Shown: one piece after another, positions 31,640 through 42,900 of the stretch
Numbering within the stretch: the first letter of the stretch is position 1
Layout of the letters: each line of letters begins with the position of its first letter
IMG/VR virus record: IMGVR_UViG_3300042301_002363
Span: 1-64,000 of that record
Reading direction: 5' to 3' (one strand)
Source of the DNA: a virus
Length of the DNA: 64,000 nt
Program-made: the position numbers and the translations under genes
Notes under the pieces: model-generated
The model's input: only the letters and a program-made list of their open reading frames with translations
The model's database searches: none
What the model was told of the DNA's origin: nothing

Positions 31640-34600
31640 TTATTTAAAACAAGAATTTATCTTTCTCAATTGATCCAAAATTGATTCTTCAGAGACAGTA
31701 TCCTCCTTAACAAATTTACCAATTTTTTCTGAGATTTTTGCTAATTCTCTTCTAGTATCTTCCACAGTTTGAGTTGCTTTTTCTATTGCATCATCATATT
31801 CAGCAATAAGCGTATTCAACTTTTCTACTAATGCAGGATTAGATGCAAGATTTCTTTGACTGACAAGATCTTTTCTTTCTTGTTGATAGTCTGGTATAAT
31901 AGCAGTTTCATAGTCATTGATTACAAATTCCAATGACTCAATGCGACTTTGTGTTCTTTTGTCTATTACAGGTTTGTTTGTAGTAATTGATTTTTGAATT
32001 GCATCTCTAATTTCATTTAAGACTCTTTCTGTTTCTGCAGGTGTAGTAGAATTAGGGTATTTGATTTCTGCTACAAGTTTTGCAAAAACAGTTTCATCAA
32101 AACCTTCTGGAACTTTAACATTCACTTTTGTAGAACCACCATCTCTTCCAAATAAATCTTTGCCCTCAATGATTACACCAAGCACTCCATTGTTGATATA
32201 GTAATTAGTCTTACCATATCGTTTTAACTTGTTAAGTTCTTGAGATTCATCACCCATTTTTATAGATGTATCATCATTGATAAGTCTTTCGTTACCATTT
32301 TTTGTAGTAGATTCTACATTCAAATTTAAAACTACATCAACTGCTGATGTTTGTGCAGACATGCTTTCAAGTCTGTCAAACAAATCTTGAACTGATTGCA
32401 TTGGTAATGCAGGTCCACCTACAAATCCAGATGTTGTATCTTCAAATAGATTTAATTGTTCTTGCTCTTGACGAGCTGCTTTTTTTCTTTTCTGTTTGAT
32501 TTTGTCAAGAGGCACACCTGTCAGTATGGATTCTTTTATATCATCAAGATTACGTTTACCTTGTGGTATCTTGTAATACTCTTCTAATGTTTGAATGGTA
32601 GTTTCATTTGCTTTGTTATAAGCACGCAAAGATATTTGACCTCTACGCACCATTTGATCTACCTTATAGGTTGGATCTTCAAATGCTGTTAAATCACCCA
32701 AATGTAATCTTGTCCAATCAATATCTGTTCTTGCGTTGTTAAGTTCATTTGCAAGATCATTTGCTTTATCTTCAGATTCAATTTTCTCATCAGTAAGAGT
32801 TATTCCATTTCTGGAAACAACGTCATACCCTTCTTCTGGATCTCCTTCAACAACAAATGGCTCTTGCTCATTCTCTGCTTTGTTTGTACCATCTTTACCA
32901 GTACCATTAAGTTTTTCAAGTATTTCCAACTGTGCTTGTGCTGCTGCATCAGCTGCATCTATTGTTGATTGGCTTACAGGATTGTCTAATGGATCTTTTG
33001 TTTCATCAAGTGTTCCTTCTGGTTGTTCAAATACTTGAGGAACTTCTTCCTCTTGTGCTTCTTGAACAGGTGCATTTTCTTCCTCTGATCTCAAACGTTC
33101 ATCTTCTATAATAGATTGAATATCAGATATTTCAGCAGCCTTTGCAGTCATAATTTCAACCTCACGTGGAGTTAAATCAATACCTTCAAGATCGCGTCTT
33201 GCAATACTTTCTAATGTAATATCATCAACTTGTTGATTCTGTTTAAAGTTTTCATATACAGTATCAGAAATTACTTCAATAGGTGTATTGTTAAAGTGTT
33301 CTATAACATCATCATTGGTGATGAGATTTCGCTCCATTGCCAAATTCAACACTTCATTTTCTGGCATTGCATCAAGTTGTGCCATTTCAAATTCGCCACT
33401 ATTAACAAGAGCTTCTTTTGCCAAAGTTACTTTTGAACCATCCTCTACACCTCCATTTGCATTTTCATCAAAGTTTAAAGTTGATACAATAGAATCCACT
33501 TCATCTTTGTTAGCATTATATACTTCACTTTGTCTGTCAGTTAATTGAACCTTTTGAGCAATTCTACGTGCAATAAGTGCAAGTGTATATCTTGGAACTT
33601 TTTTGGTTTTTTGAAACTCTTCATACTGCATGTCATTGATGTCACCTGTAACATCCTGAGTTGCATATGAGTCAAGCATTTCAGCAATCTTGTCAGAAAT
33701 TAAATCATTAAGTTTTTTAATGTTTTCCTGTGCAAACTTTGCATTTTGTAAACCTGTGTTTTCATCAATACTAACAAGAACAAGATTTTTATAGTAGTCA
33801 CTACTTGTAACAGCAGTAGATAGTTCCTCATATAGTTTAGCAGCAAGTTGTAATTTTTCTACAACATCTTCTAAATCTGAGTTGGTAGCTACACTTAAAA
33901 TTATATCTCTTAATCTGTTATTTAAATTATCTACGAACTCAAGGATTTCATATTTGAATCTACCATCTTGAATGTTTGTAAGCGTTTGACGATAGTACTC
34001 TGGATTAAACAGCAAGTCCATTGCCTGTGTGTAATCTTTTGAATCTTGATCTAAACGCATGAAATCTACAACCTTATCAAGTGCATCACGTAATGATTGT
34101 TCTGATAATTTATCTGATATCCCAAATTCTTTATTGCGCAGATTGATAAATTCTCTAAATGTTTCTGCTATGTCTTTATGATCTAAAGAGTAGACAGTGG
34201 TATTTTCATCAATAAGGTTCCCATTCTCATCATAGTATTTAATAGAATTGATTGGAACTCCAACAAATGTGTTATAGATTTTTTCTTTTTGTTCTACAAC
34301 TTCTCCTGTTTCAGAATCTTGTCTCATCGCAATAGTATCACGATCATCCCAAAATTCCATCCACTTATCATATAATTCTAATAAGCGTTTCTTATCTTTT
34401 ATTTTTGCTTGTACTTGTTCTTTTTGCGCAGGTGTCATCTCTGTTGACTCTAAACTTTCTTCAAGAAGTTTAATATCTGCAAGCATGTTACCTGATTCAG
34501 CTTTGAAATTTTCAGGATTAGCAAGAACACGTAATGCATACTCAGATGAGTTAGACATTCCAGGAATTGCCAAAAGATCTTGAGAAACTTTTTGTGCGCG

Positions 34601-37219
34601 CTCAGAAGCACGCGTTGCTTTCATAGCGTTAAGTGCTACAATACGAATTGCTTCTTCTTGAGCATTATGCATTATGATTGCAGTCATTTGTTCTTTGGAT
34701 CCTTTTTCATACATTAAAGGATCTGGTATATTGCGCACCTTTCTGCGTATACCATCAACAGTGTCAGAATATTTTTTAACGTCTTTGGCCATTGCCTCAG
34801 TCATCTCAGCAGCAGAATTATATTTTGTGTCTGAAAGTTTAATTCCAAACGCAGCCTCAAACTCTTCATTACTCATAGTTTTACCCATTTCACGAAGTGC
34901 TTGTTGGAATGTAAGGATAGTACCAGAACGATTAGCTGCAAGCGCAGCACCAAGTACTGAATTATCCTGAGCATTTTGCCATTCATACTGATGACCTTTT
35001 GCTGCTGCTTCTGTTTGTGCTAAAGTTGAATCAACTTGGTTTGTAAAGTTTACAACATTATCTTCAAATTTCTTACCTGACATCTGAGCCATGACATCAT
35101 TTTGTAAATTGATATCACGTTTCAATTGCTCACGCATTTTTACATATGGATTTTCAGCAGGATTATCTTTGTACGCTCTTTCTGTTGCTTTTTCATTTAT
35201 GTAACTTGTCATTTTGCCAACAGTGTGAGTAACAGGTCGTATCATAGATCCTGTTAATGCACCTTGTAAAAATGTTCTAAGTCCTTGTTTTGTAAACTGC
35301 TCATCTAGACCTTTATTAAAAGCTTCGCCCAATGTGTATTTAGTACCATTGTACTGTCCAGCATAATAGTATTTCCAACCAGCTCCAGACATTTCTTGAA
35401 GGTTCTCTTGAATACCTTCAGTAACCTCAAACCTAAGCAAGTCCTTAGCAAAAGCTTTACCTACTTCAAATGCTGCTTGCTTTCTTCCAAAATCTTTAGC
35501 AATCTTTCCTGCTAAACCATACGTACCAAAGAAACCTTTTTCATAAGTCTTGCCAAGAAGCTTAGTTGATTTCCACATTTTATTTACACCAAGTGTTTTT
35601 TCAACACCTTCTTCTAAAATTTCTTTTGTCCATTTATTTGCTCCAATAAAGCGATTGAATAAAGTACCAAATTGCAATCTGTTTGTGACTAGTAACAGGT
35701 TAAGATTTGTATTATAATTTGCACTTGCTGATCTCATTGCAAGATCTTGCATTTTAGTAAAGTCTTCAGCAGATGGATTTTTACCTTCATTATCAGAACG
35801 ATACTGTTCAACCATCATATCTAATGTTGAACCATAAGATGTAACAGCCTCAAAGTTTGCTTCTGTAGAAGACATGTTAAACTCTTGAGCCATACGTCTC
35901 ACACCTTGTAATCCAATTCCTGTAAGCTTGCCTGCACTTAATCCACCTTTAGCACCTGCTACAACCTTTTCACCATAGCGTATTCCTGTACCTAGTATAG
36001 GCGTACCTTTTGCAAAATTAGCAGCAAGTTCTCCAAATGATTTAGATTTGATAATGTTACGCATGTTTAGTGTGTAAATATCAAATACTTCTTTCATTGA
36101 TGAACGTAATGCTTCAGATCCCACCTTACCAGCATTGGTTATATTTTTTGCTTGATTAGCTTTCTGAGTAACCTTACCAGCTGCTGATAATGCGTCAGTA
36201 GATTGGTTAGCAAATTGATATGCCCCCTTACCCATATCAGCAACAAAATCAGTAAATCTAAAAGCAGTAGATTTTAAAGTTTGCCTTAAACCAGTTTTTG
36301 CTCCTGCCATTGCTGCTTCTTTAGCACCAACACGTGCAGCTGTTGCACCAAAAGATACAGCACCACCACCGCCAGTTACAGCTGTTAGCACTGCATCAGC
36401 AACAAGTTCCAATCCTAATCCTGCAAATGTACCTAATGCAAAACCAGCATTACCTACAAACTCAGATACTGAACGTTTACTAAATATATCATCTTCTTCT
36501 TCTGGTGGTACAAACGTATAGTTACGCATTGATTCTTTGTACTCTTCAAAATTGGCATCTATCATTTCACCCTCAGTATACTTGAGTTTGTCCCAGTCCC
36601 AATTCCAAATTGCTTCACCTATCCTTCCATAGGATGCAAAGTAATCTGTAAAAGTATTACCAAATCTTGTGGCAAAACTGTCAAAGCCTTTGCCTAATGC
36701 GGATCCCCAAGTTTCTGCTTCAATATAACCCTTCTGCTTTTCAGGATTGAAGTAGTTAAACCCTTGAGGATCAAAGTCATCTTGATATCTAAACATATCA
36801 ATATCCTGTCCTGCATACCTTGTCTTAGGTCCTACAATAGGATTGATCTTTTCACTTAAAGTTTTTGGTTGAAATCTTTCTACAAATATCTCATTAGCAT
36901 TTGAATCAATTACTTGATTCATTGCACTCATAAAATCACTTGGCTGAGGTGTTGGCTGTGTTGATATATTTGGTTTTGCAGGAGCAGAAGGTTGTCCAAA
37001 ATTATTTGCACCATCTCCTGGTCCAGGAGCTACAATGTTATTAATATTAAAGGATGGCGCAGATGCTTCAGACGTAGCTTGTATTTCTGCTGCGCCCATA
37101 TCTAATGCATCTTCTACTGATAAGTTTTGTGACAAACTTGTTTCAGCACCCATGCTTGCTTCAGCATTAGCAGCCATTTCTGCTAATTGCTGTGTTCCCA
37201 TTTCTAGTTCCTCTGCCAT
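31640..37219 (-). CDS. Giant virion cargo/ejection protein with Gly/Ala-rich membrane-inserting segments
   Basis: GNAGFALGTFAGLGLELVADAVLTAVTGGGG and TEGIQENLQ motifs typical of ejection proteins. Acidic low-complexity region. Single Cys, third residue from the C-terminus. Confidence 0.7.
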   Translation of the reverse strand: MAEELEMGTQQLAEMAANAEASMGAETSLSQNLSVEDALDMGAAEIQATSEASAPSFNINNIVAPGPGDGANNFGQPSAPAKPNISTQPTPQPSDFMSAMNQVIDSNANEIFVERFQPKTLSEKINPIVGPKTRYAGQDIDMFRYQDDFDPQGFNYFNPEKQKGYIEAETWGSALGKGFDSFATRFGNTFTDYFASYGRIGEAIWNWDWDKLKYTEGEMIDANFEEYKESMRNYTFVPPEEEDDIFSKRSVSEFVGNAGFALGTFAGLGLELVADAVLTAVTGGGGAVSFGATAARVGAKEAAMAGAKTGLRQTLKSTAFRFTDFVADMGKGAYQFANQSTDALSAAGKVTQKANQAKNITNAGKVGSEALRSSMKEVFDIYTLNMRNIIKSKSFGELAANFAKGTPILGTGIRYGEKVVAGAKGGLSAGKLTGIGLQGVRRMAQEFNMSSTEANFEAVTSYGSTLDMMVEQYRSDNEGKNPSAEDFTKMQDLAMRSASANYNTNLNLLLVTNRLQFGTLFNRFIGANKWTKEILEEGVEKTLGVNKMWKSTKLLGKTYEKGFFGTYGLAGKIAKDFGRKQAAFEVGKAFAKDLLRFEVTEGIQENLQEMSGAGWKYYYAGQYNGTKYTLGEAFNKGLDEQFTKQGLRTFLQGALTGSMIRPVTHTVGKMTSYINEKATERAYKDNPAENPYVKMREQLKRDINLQNDVMAQMSGKKFEDNVVNFTNQVDSTLAQTEAAAKGHQYEWQNAQDNSVLGAALAANRSGTILTFQQALREMGKTMSNEEFEAAFGIKLSDTKYNSAAEMTEAMAKDVKKYSDTVDGIRRKVRNIPDPLMYEKGSKEQMTAIIMHNAQEEAIRIVALNAMKATRASERAQKVSQDLLAIPGMSNSSEYALRVLANPENFKAESGNMLADIKLLEESLESTEMTPAQKEQVQAKIKDKKRLLELYDKWMEFWDDRDTIAMRQDSETGEVVEQKEKIYNTFVGVPINSIKYYDENGNLIDENTTVYSLDHKDIAETFREFINLRNKEFGISDKLSEQSLRDALDKVVDFMRLDQDSKDYTQAMDLLFNPEYYRQTLTNIQDGRFKYEILEFVDNLNNRLRDIILSVATNSDLEDVVEKLQLAAKLYEELSTAVTSSDYYKNLVLVSIDENTGLQNAKFAQENIKKLNDLISDKIAEMLDSYATQDVTGDINDMQYEEFQKTKKVPRYTLALIARRIAQKVQLTDRQSEVYNANKDEVDSIVSTLNFDENANGGVEDGSKVTLAKEALVNSGEFEMAQLDAMPENEVLNLAMERNLITNDDVIEHFNNTPIEVISDTVYENFKQNQQVDDITLESIARRDLEGIDLTPREVEIMTAKAAEISDIQSIIEDERLRSEEENAPVQEAQEEEVPQVFEQPEGTLDETKDPLDNPVSQSTIDAADAAAQAQLEILEKLNGTGKDGTNKAENEQEPFVVEGDPEEGYDVVSRNGITLTDEKIESEDKANDLANELNNARTDIDWTRLHLGDLTAFEDPTYKVDQMVRRGQISLRAYNKANETTIQTLEEYYKIPQGKRNLDDIKESILTGVPLDKIKQKRKKAARQEQEQLNLFEDTTSGFVGGPALPMQSVQDLFDRLESMSAQTSAVDVVLNLNVESTTKNGNERLINDDTSIKMGDESQELNKLKRYGKTNYYINNGVLGVIIEGKDLFGRDGGSTKVNVKVPEGFDETVFAKLVAEIKYPNSTTPAETERVLNEIRDAIQKSITTNKPVIDKRTQSRIESLEFVINDYETAIIPDYQQERKDLVSQRNLASNPALVEKLNTLIAEYDDAIEKATQTVEDTRRELAKISEKIGKFVKEDTVSEESILDQLRKINSCFK

Positions 37220-37221
37220 TA

Positions 37222-39897
37222 TTATTCTATTGTAGGATATTGTAATAAATCTTGCGTACTAAACTGTTCTTCCCAAATTGACGTTGCGTTTTGGAAGTTG
37301 GTCCATGTTGTATTAACCATTTCAGATATTTGCATAAACTGAGAAGGATCATTTGGATCAACTTGAAAGAATCTACTTGTACCTTCTTTTACACCTTTCT
37401 GTGGATTTAACATTGTAAAGTCAATATTTACACCATACTGTCCATTATTATTTCTTACGCCTGCTGCAGTAAAATCAAACCCAGTTGCTGTCATACTTGC
37501 TGGAGCTTGAACTCTTGCCATTGGATTTCTAGAAAAGTCTTCCATGATACCATAAGAATCAGCAACAATAGAGTTATTAGGAAGATAATTTTTAAAACGT
37601 GTTAGTGGACTATTCTGTATATATGAGTATGGTAATTTTACACGTATTGTTTCACCTGCTTGCAGTTTCATAGATTTTGCTTCACCGCTATCTGGATTAA
37701 CTTTTAAATCTACATAAACACTTTTACCACCAGGATCAAAACTTGCCAAGAAACTTTCACCAAATAATTTTACTTGACTAGCATAAGGCAAATTACCAAT
37801 AAGTGATGGATCAATCTTTTCACCATTTGATCTTGTAATAACAATGTTTTTATCTGCTTTATTAAAAAACTGATACAACTCTTCTGGTTGAGGTTTGGTC
37901 ATGCTATATGTTGAACCTATAGGATTTGCACGACTACTAAACTCAGAACCAACAACTGTGCTTAAATGTTTACGCTTTGCTTCTGACAAACCAGATAAGT
38001 CAAATATAGGAGTACCATCAGCAAGTCGCGATACAATTTTAGCACCTGCGTAATCTGATTTAACTTTTCCTGATCTAAAATCATATACTTTAGATGCTAC
38101 TTCTCTATAACTTTTATCAAGTTCTTTTTGTTCTTGCAATATACCTTTCATTGATGTAATTGTACCTTCAAAGGATTGAGCATATTTTCTACCTTCAGAC
38201 TGTTTACCATTATCTGAATACCATTGTAAAACTTCAGTTGCTTTATTATAAGTATTTGATGCAAGAGTTTGTATTAAAGCATTAGCACTTGACGCATTAT
38301 TGACCTCAATACCACGTCTGTAACCTACAAGACTTCCATATTCTTTTAATAATTGTGTATCTTGTGCAGTTAGTTTTGCGCCATTACCTTGAGCAATTCC
38401 TTGAACTTTTGATAGCACTTGATAATATTTAGAATGGTCTCTATTTTTGCCAATAACCATATTCATTAAACCATTCTGTGCACCAAATGCATTATTAAAT
38501 AGTTCAGTTTTATTTTTAGAATTTGCTGTTCCAAGAACGTCTACACCTGTACTACCTGTACCAACATAATCACCAACATAAGTTTCAGTAGGAAGTTTGC
38601 CTTCTGCTTTGAGTTTCATCATTTCAATCTCATTGGCATTTTGCATTTTCGCAATTTCCATTTGTTGGTTTTGTTGAAAATGTCTTTCGTTTTGTGCAAG
38701 AGTAGCAGCATGTCTTGCATTGGCTGCAGCTCTATCAAAATCAGCAATTACTTTTTGATCTGGCTTTACATCCACCTCAGCAGTAGCTTGAGCAGTACTC
38801 ACACCCCATACTGTAGCAGCGTTTTTCTTAGCTTGTCCAGAAAGTATTCCATACAAATTAGAGACAGTATAATTTTCAGGATCCTCTTCTATTTTTTTGA
38901 TTTCGCCTTCTGATTGAGTTTTAGATGAATTTAAATCATAACGTAATTGCAAAAGTTTTTCATACTTTTGAAGCACATCTGCTCTACCAGATGGAATACC
39001 TTGAGGATACAAATCTTTTATTGTCTGAATTTGTTGTTCAACACTTGTTAAATTGGTAGCAGTTTCTTCAACGTCAACCTGCTGAGACTTCATGTAATCA
39101 GCAGACAAACTTTTTGCAACTTGTTGCGTAGCTTGCTCTCTTGATACTCCTTGACTTATTAAGTCACGTATTTGATTTTCAGCTGTCACACGTCCAATAA
39201 CTCCAAACTGTCTATCAAAACGATTACCCATAGTCATTGCAGCCCAGTTACTAAAAGGAACTTCAGCATACTTACCATTGGTATATGTCATTATATATCC
39301 TTTTCCATCAGGATTAGCAAACTTTACTTGAAGTTTTGCTTCTTTTGCTGCACCTGATAAATATTCATTGATATCTTCAAATGGTGTAAAGTCACGTGGT
39401 TGTACAGATGTTATAGATCCATCGCCACGTTTTGCCTGACGCAAGTCATCTTCAGCAAACATCAAGTCAAGTTTTGCATAGTCACTATATTGAGCGCGCA
39501 CTTTTGCGTCAGTACTATTTTTATAACTATCCATTAATGCTTTTTGATTACCCTCATACTTAGTAAAGTACATATCATACGCAATCTCTTTGTCATCTGT
39601 AATTGGATCCAACAATGATTGTGCACGCATAACATTTGATGGATCAGATAAATCTAATGCAGAAACATTACGAAGACTTCCTTGAATTTTTTCAAACATG
39701 TCTTGTCTAAATTTCTGATTGTCACCATTTGTCAGTGGACTATTTAATACAGAATTGTATAAACTCTTAACTTGATTAAATCCTTTATCAAAACGTGCTT
39801 GAGTCACACCATAAACCTGAGATAAAAAAGACCAATCAGGAGACCATGGTTTTATCTCTGCTATTGGGTTTGCATCACCTGGAACAAAATTTGCCAT
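37222..39897 (-). CDS. Putative virion cargo/ejection protein, 891 aa
   Basis: Helical N-terminal half, no Cys seen, and position between cargo genes as in crAss-like genomes. Confidence 0.6.
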   Translation of the reverse strand: MANFVPGDANPIAEIKPWSPDWSFLSQVYGVTQARFDKGFNQVKSLYNSVLNSPLTNGDNQKFRQDMFEKIQGSLRNVSALDLSDPSNVMRAQSLLDPITDDKEIAYDMYFTKYEGNQKALMDSYKNSTDAKVRAQYSDYAKLDLMFAEDDLRQAKRGDGSITSVQPRDFTPFEDINEYLSGAAKEAKLQVKFANPDGKGYIMTYTNGKYAEVPFSNWAAMTMGNRFDRQFGVIGRVTAENQIRDLISQGVSREQATQQVAKSLSADYMKSQQVDVEETATNLTSVEQQIQTIKDLYPQGIPSGRADVLQKYEKLLQLRYDLNSSKTQSEGEIKKIEEDPENYTVSNLYGILSGQAKKNAATVWGVSTAQATAEVDVKPDQKVIADFDRAAANARHAATLAQNERHFQQNQQMEIAKMQNANEIEMMKLKAEGKLPTETYVGDYVGTGSTGVDVLGTANSKNKTELFNNAFGAQNGLMNMVIGKNRDHSKYYQVLSKVQGIAQGNGAKLTAQDTQLLKEYGSLVGYRRGIEVNNASSANALIQTLASNTYNKATEVLQWYSDNGKQSEGRKYAQSFEGTITSMKGILQEQKELDKSYREVASKVYDFRSGKVKSDYAGAKIVSRLADGTPIFDLSGLSEAKRKHLSTVVGSEFSSRANPIGSTYSMTKPQPEELYQFFNKADKNIVITRSNGEKIDPSLIGNLPYASQVKLFGESFLASFDPGGKSVYVDLKVNPDSGEAKSMKLQAGETIRVKLPYSYIQNSPLTRFKNYLPNNSIVADSYGIMEDFSRNPMARVQAPASMTATGFDFTAAGVRNNNGQYGVNIDFTMLNPQKGVKEGTSRFFQVDPNDPSQFMQISEMVNTTWTNFQNATSIWEEQFSTQDLLQYPTIE

Positions 39898-39907
39898 AAC
39901 CTTTTAA

Positions 39908-42900
39908 TTAATAATTATCATCAAAAAACATACCTCCAAATTCCATAGCGCCTGGTGCTGTATACATTGTTCCCCCAAACCTTTGAATAAAGTTTTGACC
40001 GTACATTTGTTGTTGTGTTTTTGTTTGTGCATTTGCTTTATTTAAATTCTGAGAAATACAAGCCTTTTGCATATTAGACGCATACTCTTCTTTAGCATCT
40101 TGATCCATTGTTGTATCATTTTTAACTTGGGCCATTGCATCAGAATATGCTTTTGAACAATCTGCTTGTGTTGCTGCTGCACCTGAAGAGACTGAGGTAT
40201 CAACAGATGATAATGGATCTTTACCATAACCTGACCATGCAAATGTAGGTTGAAGACGTTGTGCATGCCATGCATTTGGATACATAACTCTTAAAGCATT
40301 ATCTTTTTGTACATTGCCAAATCCTTGACCAAAAAGCATTGCACCTTGTGCATCTTTCTTATTACGTTGTGCAGCTAATTCCTCTTGATATGTTGCACCT
40401 TCTGTATCAAACTTACCACGTAATAATGTGTTTTTGTAATCAACATCAGTATTAAGTTGACCAATTGTTTGAAGATATGGATTAACAATCTTAGTTGTGT
40501 TGCCTTCTTCAACATCAGCAATGTCTCTTGACAATTGTTCATACCCTTGATTTGCACCTGCAGCAAATGCTGTTTGTGCATCCATAGTATTCATTGCCAA
40601 ATCCTGACTTTGTTTTACCAATCCTGTAGTACCAGCAATTCTAGTAATAGGATTAATTGTATCATATCCACTATAGGCAGCATTCATCTGTCTTAACACA
40701 GGTGGTGTGTTAGGAATTATTTGACGCTCATTAGCCATATAGTTTACAATGTCTGGAGCAAACCATGTTTGAGGCTGAGGTATACCACCTGGAGGTTTTT
40801 TAGGTGGTGGAGGTGTGCCACAATTTTTAGTTGCGTCATCAGCAGTTTCATACTGAGTAGCTTTAGTAACAGTTTTACCATTCACCTCACCACTTGGCGC
40901 AACAGGTTGTTCACCTTCTTTGTAAGAAACTGTTTTAGTTTCTTTTGTACCATCAGAATACTCAACACAGTAATATGTGCTTTTTTCACCTGGAACTTCT
41001 GGTGGTGGCGGTGGTTTAAGGTTATAACCAAGTCTTTCCTCTAACGTTGTGTTAGTACTAAATCTATCAATACCAGATACTTTACCTTGAATGCCAAATA
41101 CAGTTTCATCAGCTACACCAGTTTGTTGATGACTAGCTAATCCTTGAAAGTCTGGGTTATTCATAAGAGCACGTCTATAAGAAATATATGTACCCTGTCC
41201 TAGTTCATTTTTAGAAAAATCAATATCACTAAGGTTTACCTTGCCATCTTTTGACTGATTATCTTTAATGATTTGTCTGGCTTCTGCGTTTACGTAATTA
41301 CCTTGATAGTCACCATGAGTAGCATCTGATTTTACAGCAACATTCTGGCCAGCTACAAAGTTAGGATCTGACCATGGACCTGTCCCTGATGTTCTATCCC
41401 CATAACCAAACGCTGCCATTCTTGCATTGTTTTCTTCAAATTGCATCATTGTATTAATGATTGCTTCAGGATTTTGTGCAAGTGCTTTTACATCTGTGCC
41501 ATATAAGTCTGAAAACTTCTTTCTTGTATCTTTTTCTTTACCAGTATACATTCGCAGTTCTGGATCTGCAACATCTGCTTGATACTGACCTACAATTGCA
41601 TCTCTAAATTTACTATTTAATCGTATTTGATTATTTGCATTTTTAAAGTCAATGTATGCTTGTGTATTACCATTCCATCTTGAGTCAACTTCCTTTTTCT
41701 CAGAAGCATTAAGATTATCTGCTGTTATCCAATCATAAGAACTACGAGTTATTTCTGCACCTGCAGGAATAGATTCTTTAGTTGTATTGTTTCTTCTAAG
41801 AATAATATTACCAGTTGCTTGGTCTTCTAAAACCTGAACTTCAGTATCACCACTTTTACTTTTGTAAGTTAATGTATACGCATTCATTGGTTTACCACCA
41901 TTTCTATTTGGATCAGTTACAACTTTTACTTCACTCTTAACTGGATCTCCTGAACCTGATACTGTCCCAGCATTATTGTATTTAGGTAAAACAGAACCTC
42001 CTCTGTCATAACGCAGTTTACCATTTTCATTAATAAGACCACCATACTTAAAGACTTTATCTCCAATGGTTATATTAGAACCAAGTGTTGGCATTGTACC
42101 ACCAAATTTCATACCCCCAGAAGATCCAAAAATATTATCAAGATCCTGATCTGTAAATCCACCTTCATATTTTGGTTTTGAAGGTGCTGGTTGTGATTGT
42201 TTTCCTACTGGAGTTACAGTGCCAGGTTTTTGTTCTGTATTCTTTTTTACAGGAATTACAGTTTGTGGATTAATTTTATTTTCTTGCTCTAGCATTTGAA
42301 TAGCATCCATTGGTGCTTTGGCTGCAGGAAGTGCAACTTTCTTACCTTCTTTTGTAGAAGCTGCTACATTCAATGCGTCAACCCAAACTTGGTTTGATAC
42401 TTCTAATTGAGCACCATCTTGTGTTTCTTCAAACCAAACCATTTGACCATCAATATTTTTACCCATTGTAAATATTGAGTTTGGCGCAGCTTTAAGTTTA
42501 TATGGTTGAGCATAACCTTTTGAATCTTTTGCACTGTTAGATGGATTTTGTACTTGACTTATTGCTCTAACATTGTCAGCTATTTCTGGTGCATTATAAT
42601 TTAAAAAACCTTGTCTTTCATTTGTATGTGTCAACCCTTTATTACCCAAAGGTGCAATTGTTGCAACAGTAGTACCTTTTATTTTGTCATGACCTTTTGT
42701 AATTTCATCATATATTTCAAAATAAGTTTTGTATCTAGGTCCACCAAACCATGAATCAGTTCCCTCAACAACATCATTTTGATCAAGATTCATTCCTAGT
42801 ATTTCTGTTTCGTTAAACAAAAAGTCAGTAGGATAACCATAACGATACATTACCTCCTCATCTTGAATTACGTTTCCTATACCTGGTCCAGGTAGCCAAC

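Noticed and set aside
31628-31642. In-frame read-through from the 1859-aa gene into the RNAP gene (TAA ATA CTT AAA GAA ATG)
   Set aside because: The frame match has a one-in-three chance, TAA is rarely read through, and the other two junctions are out of frame.
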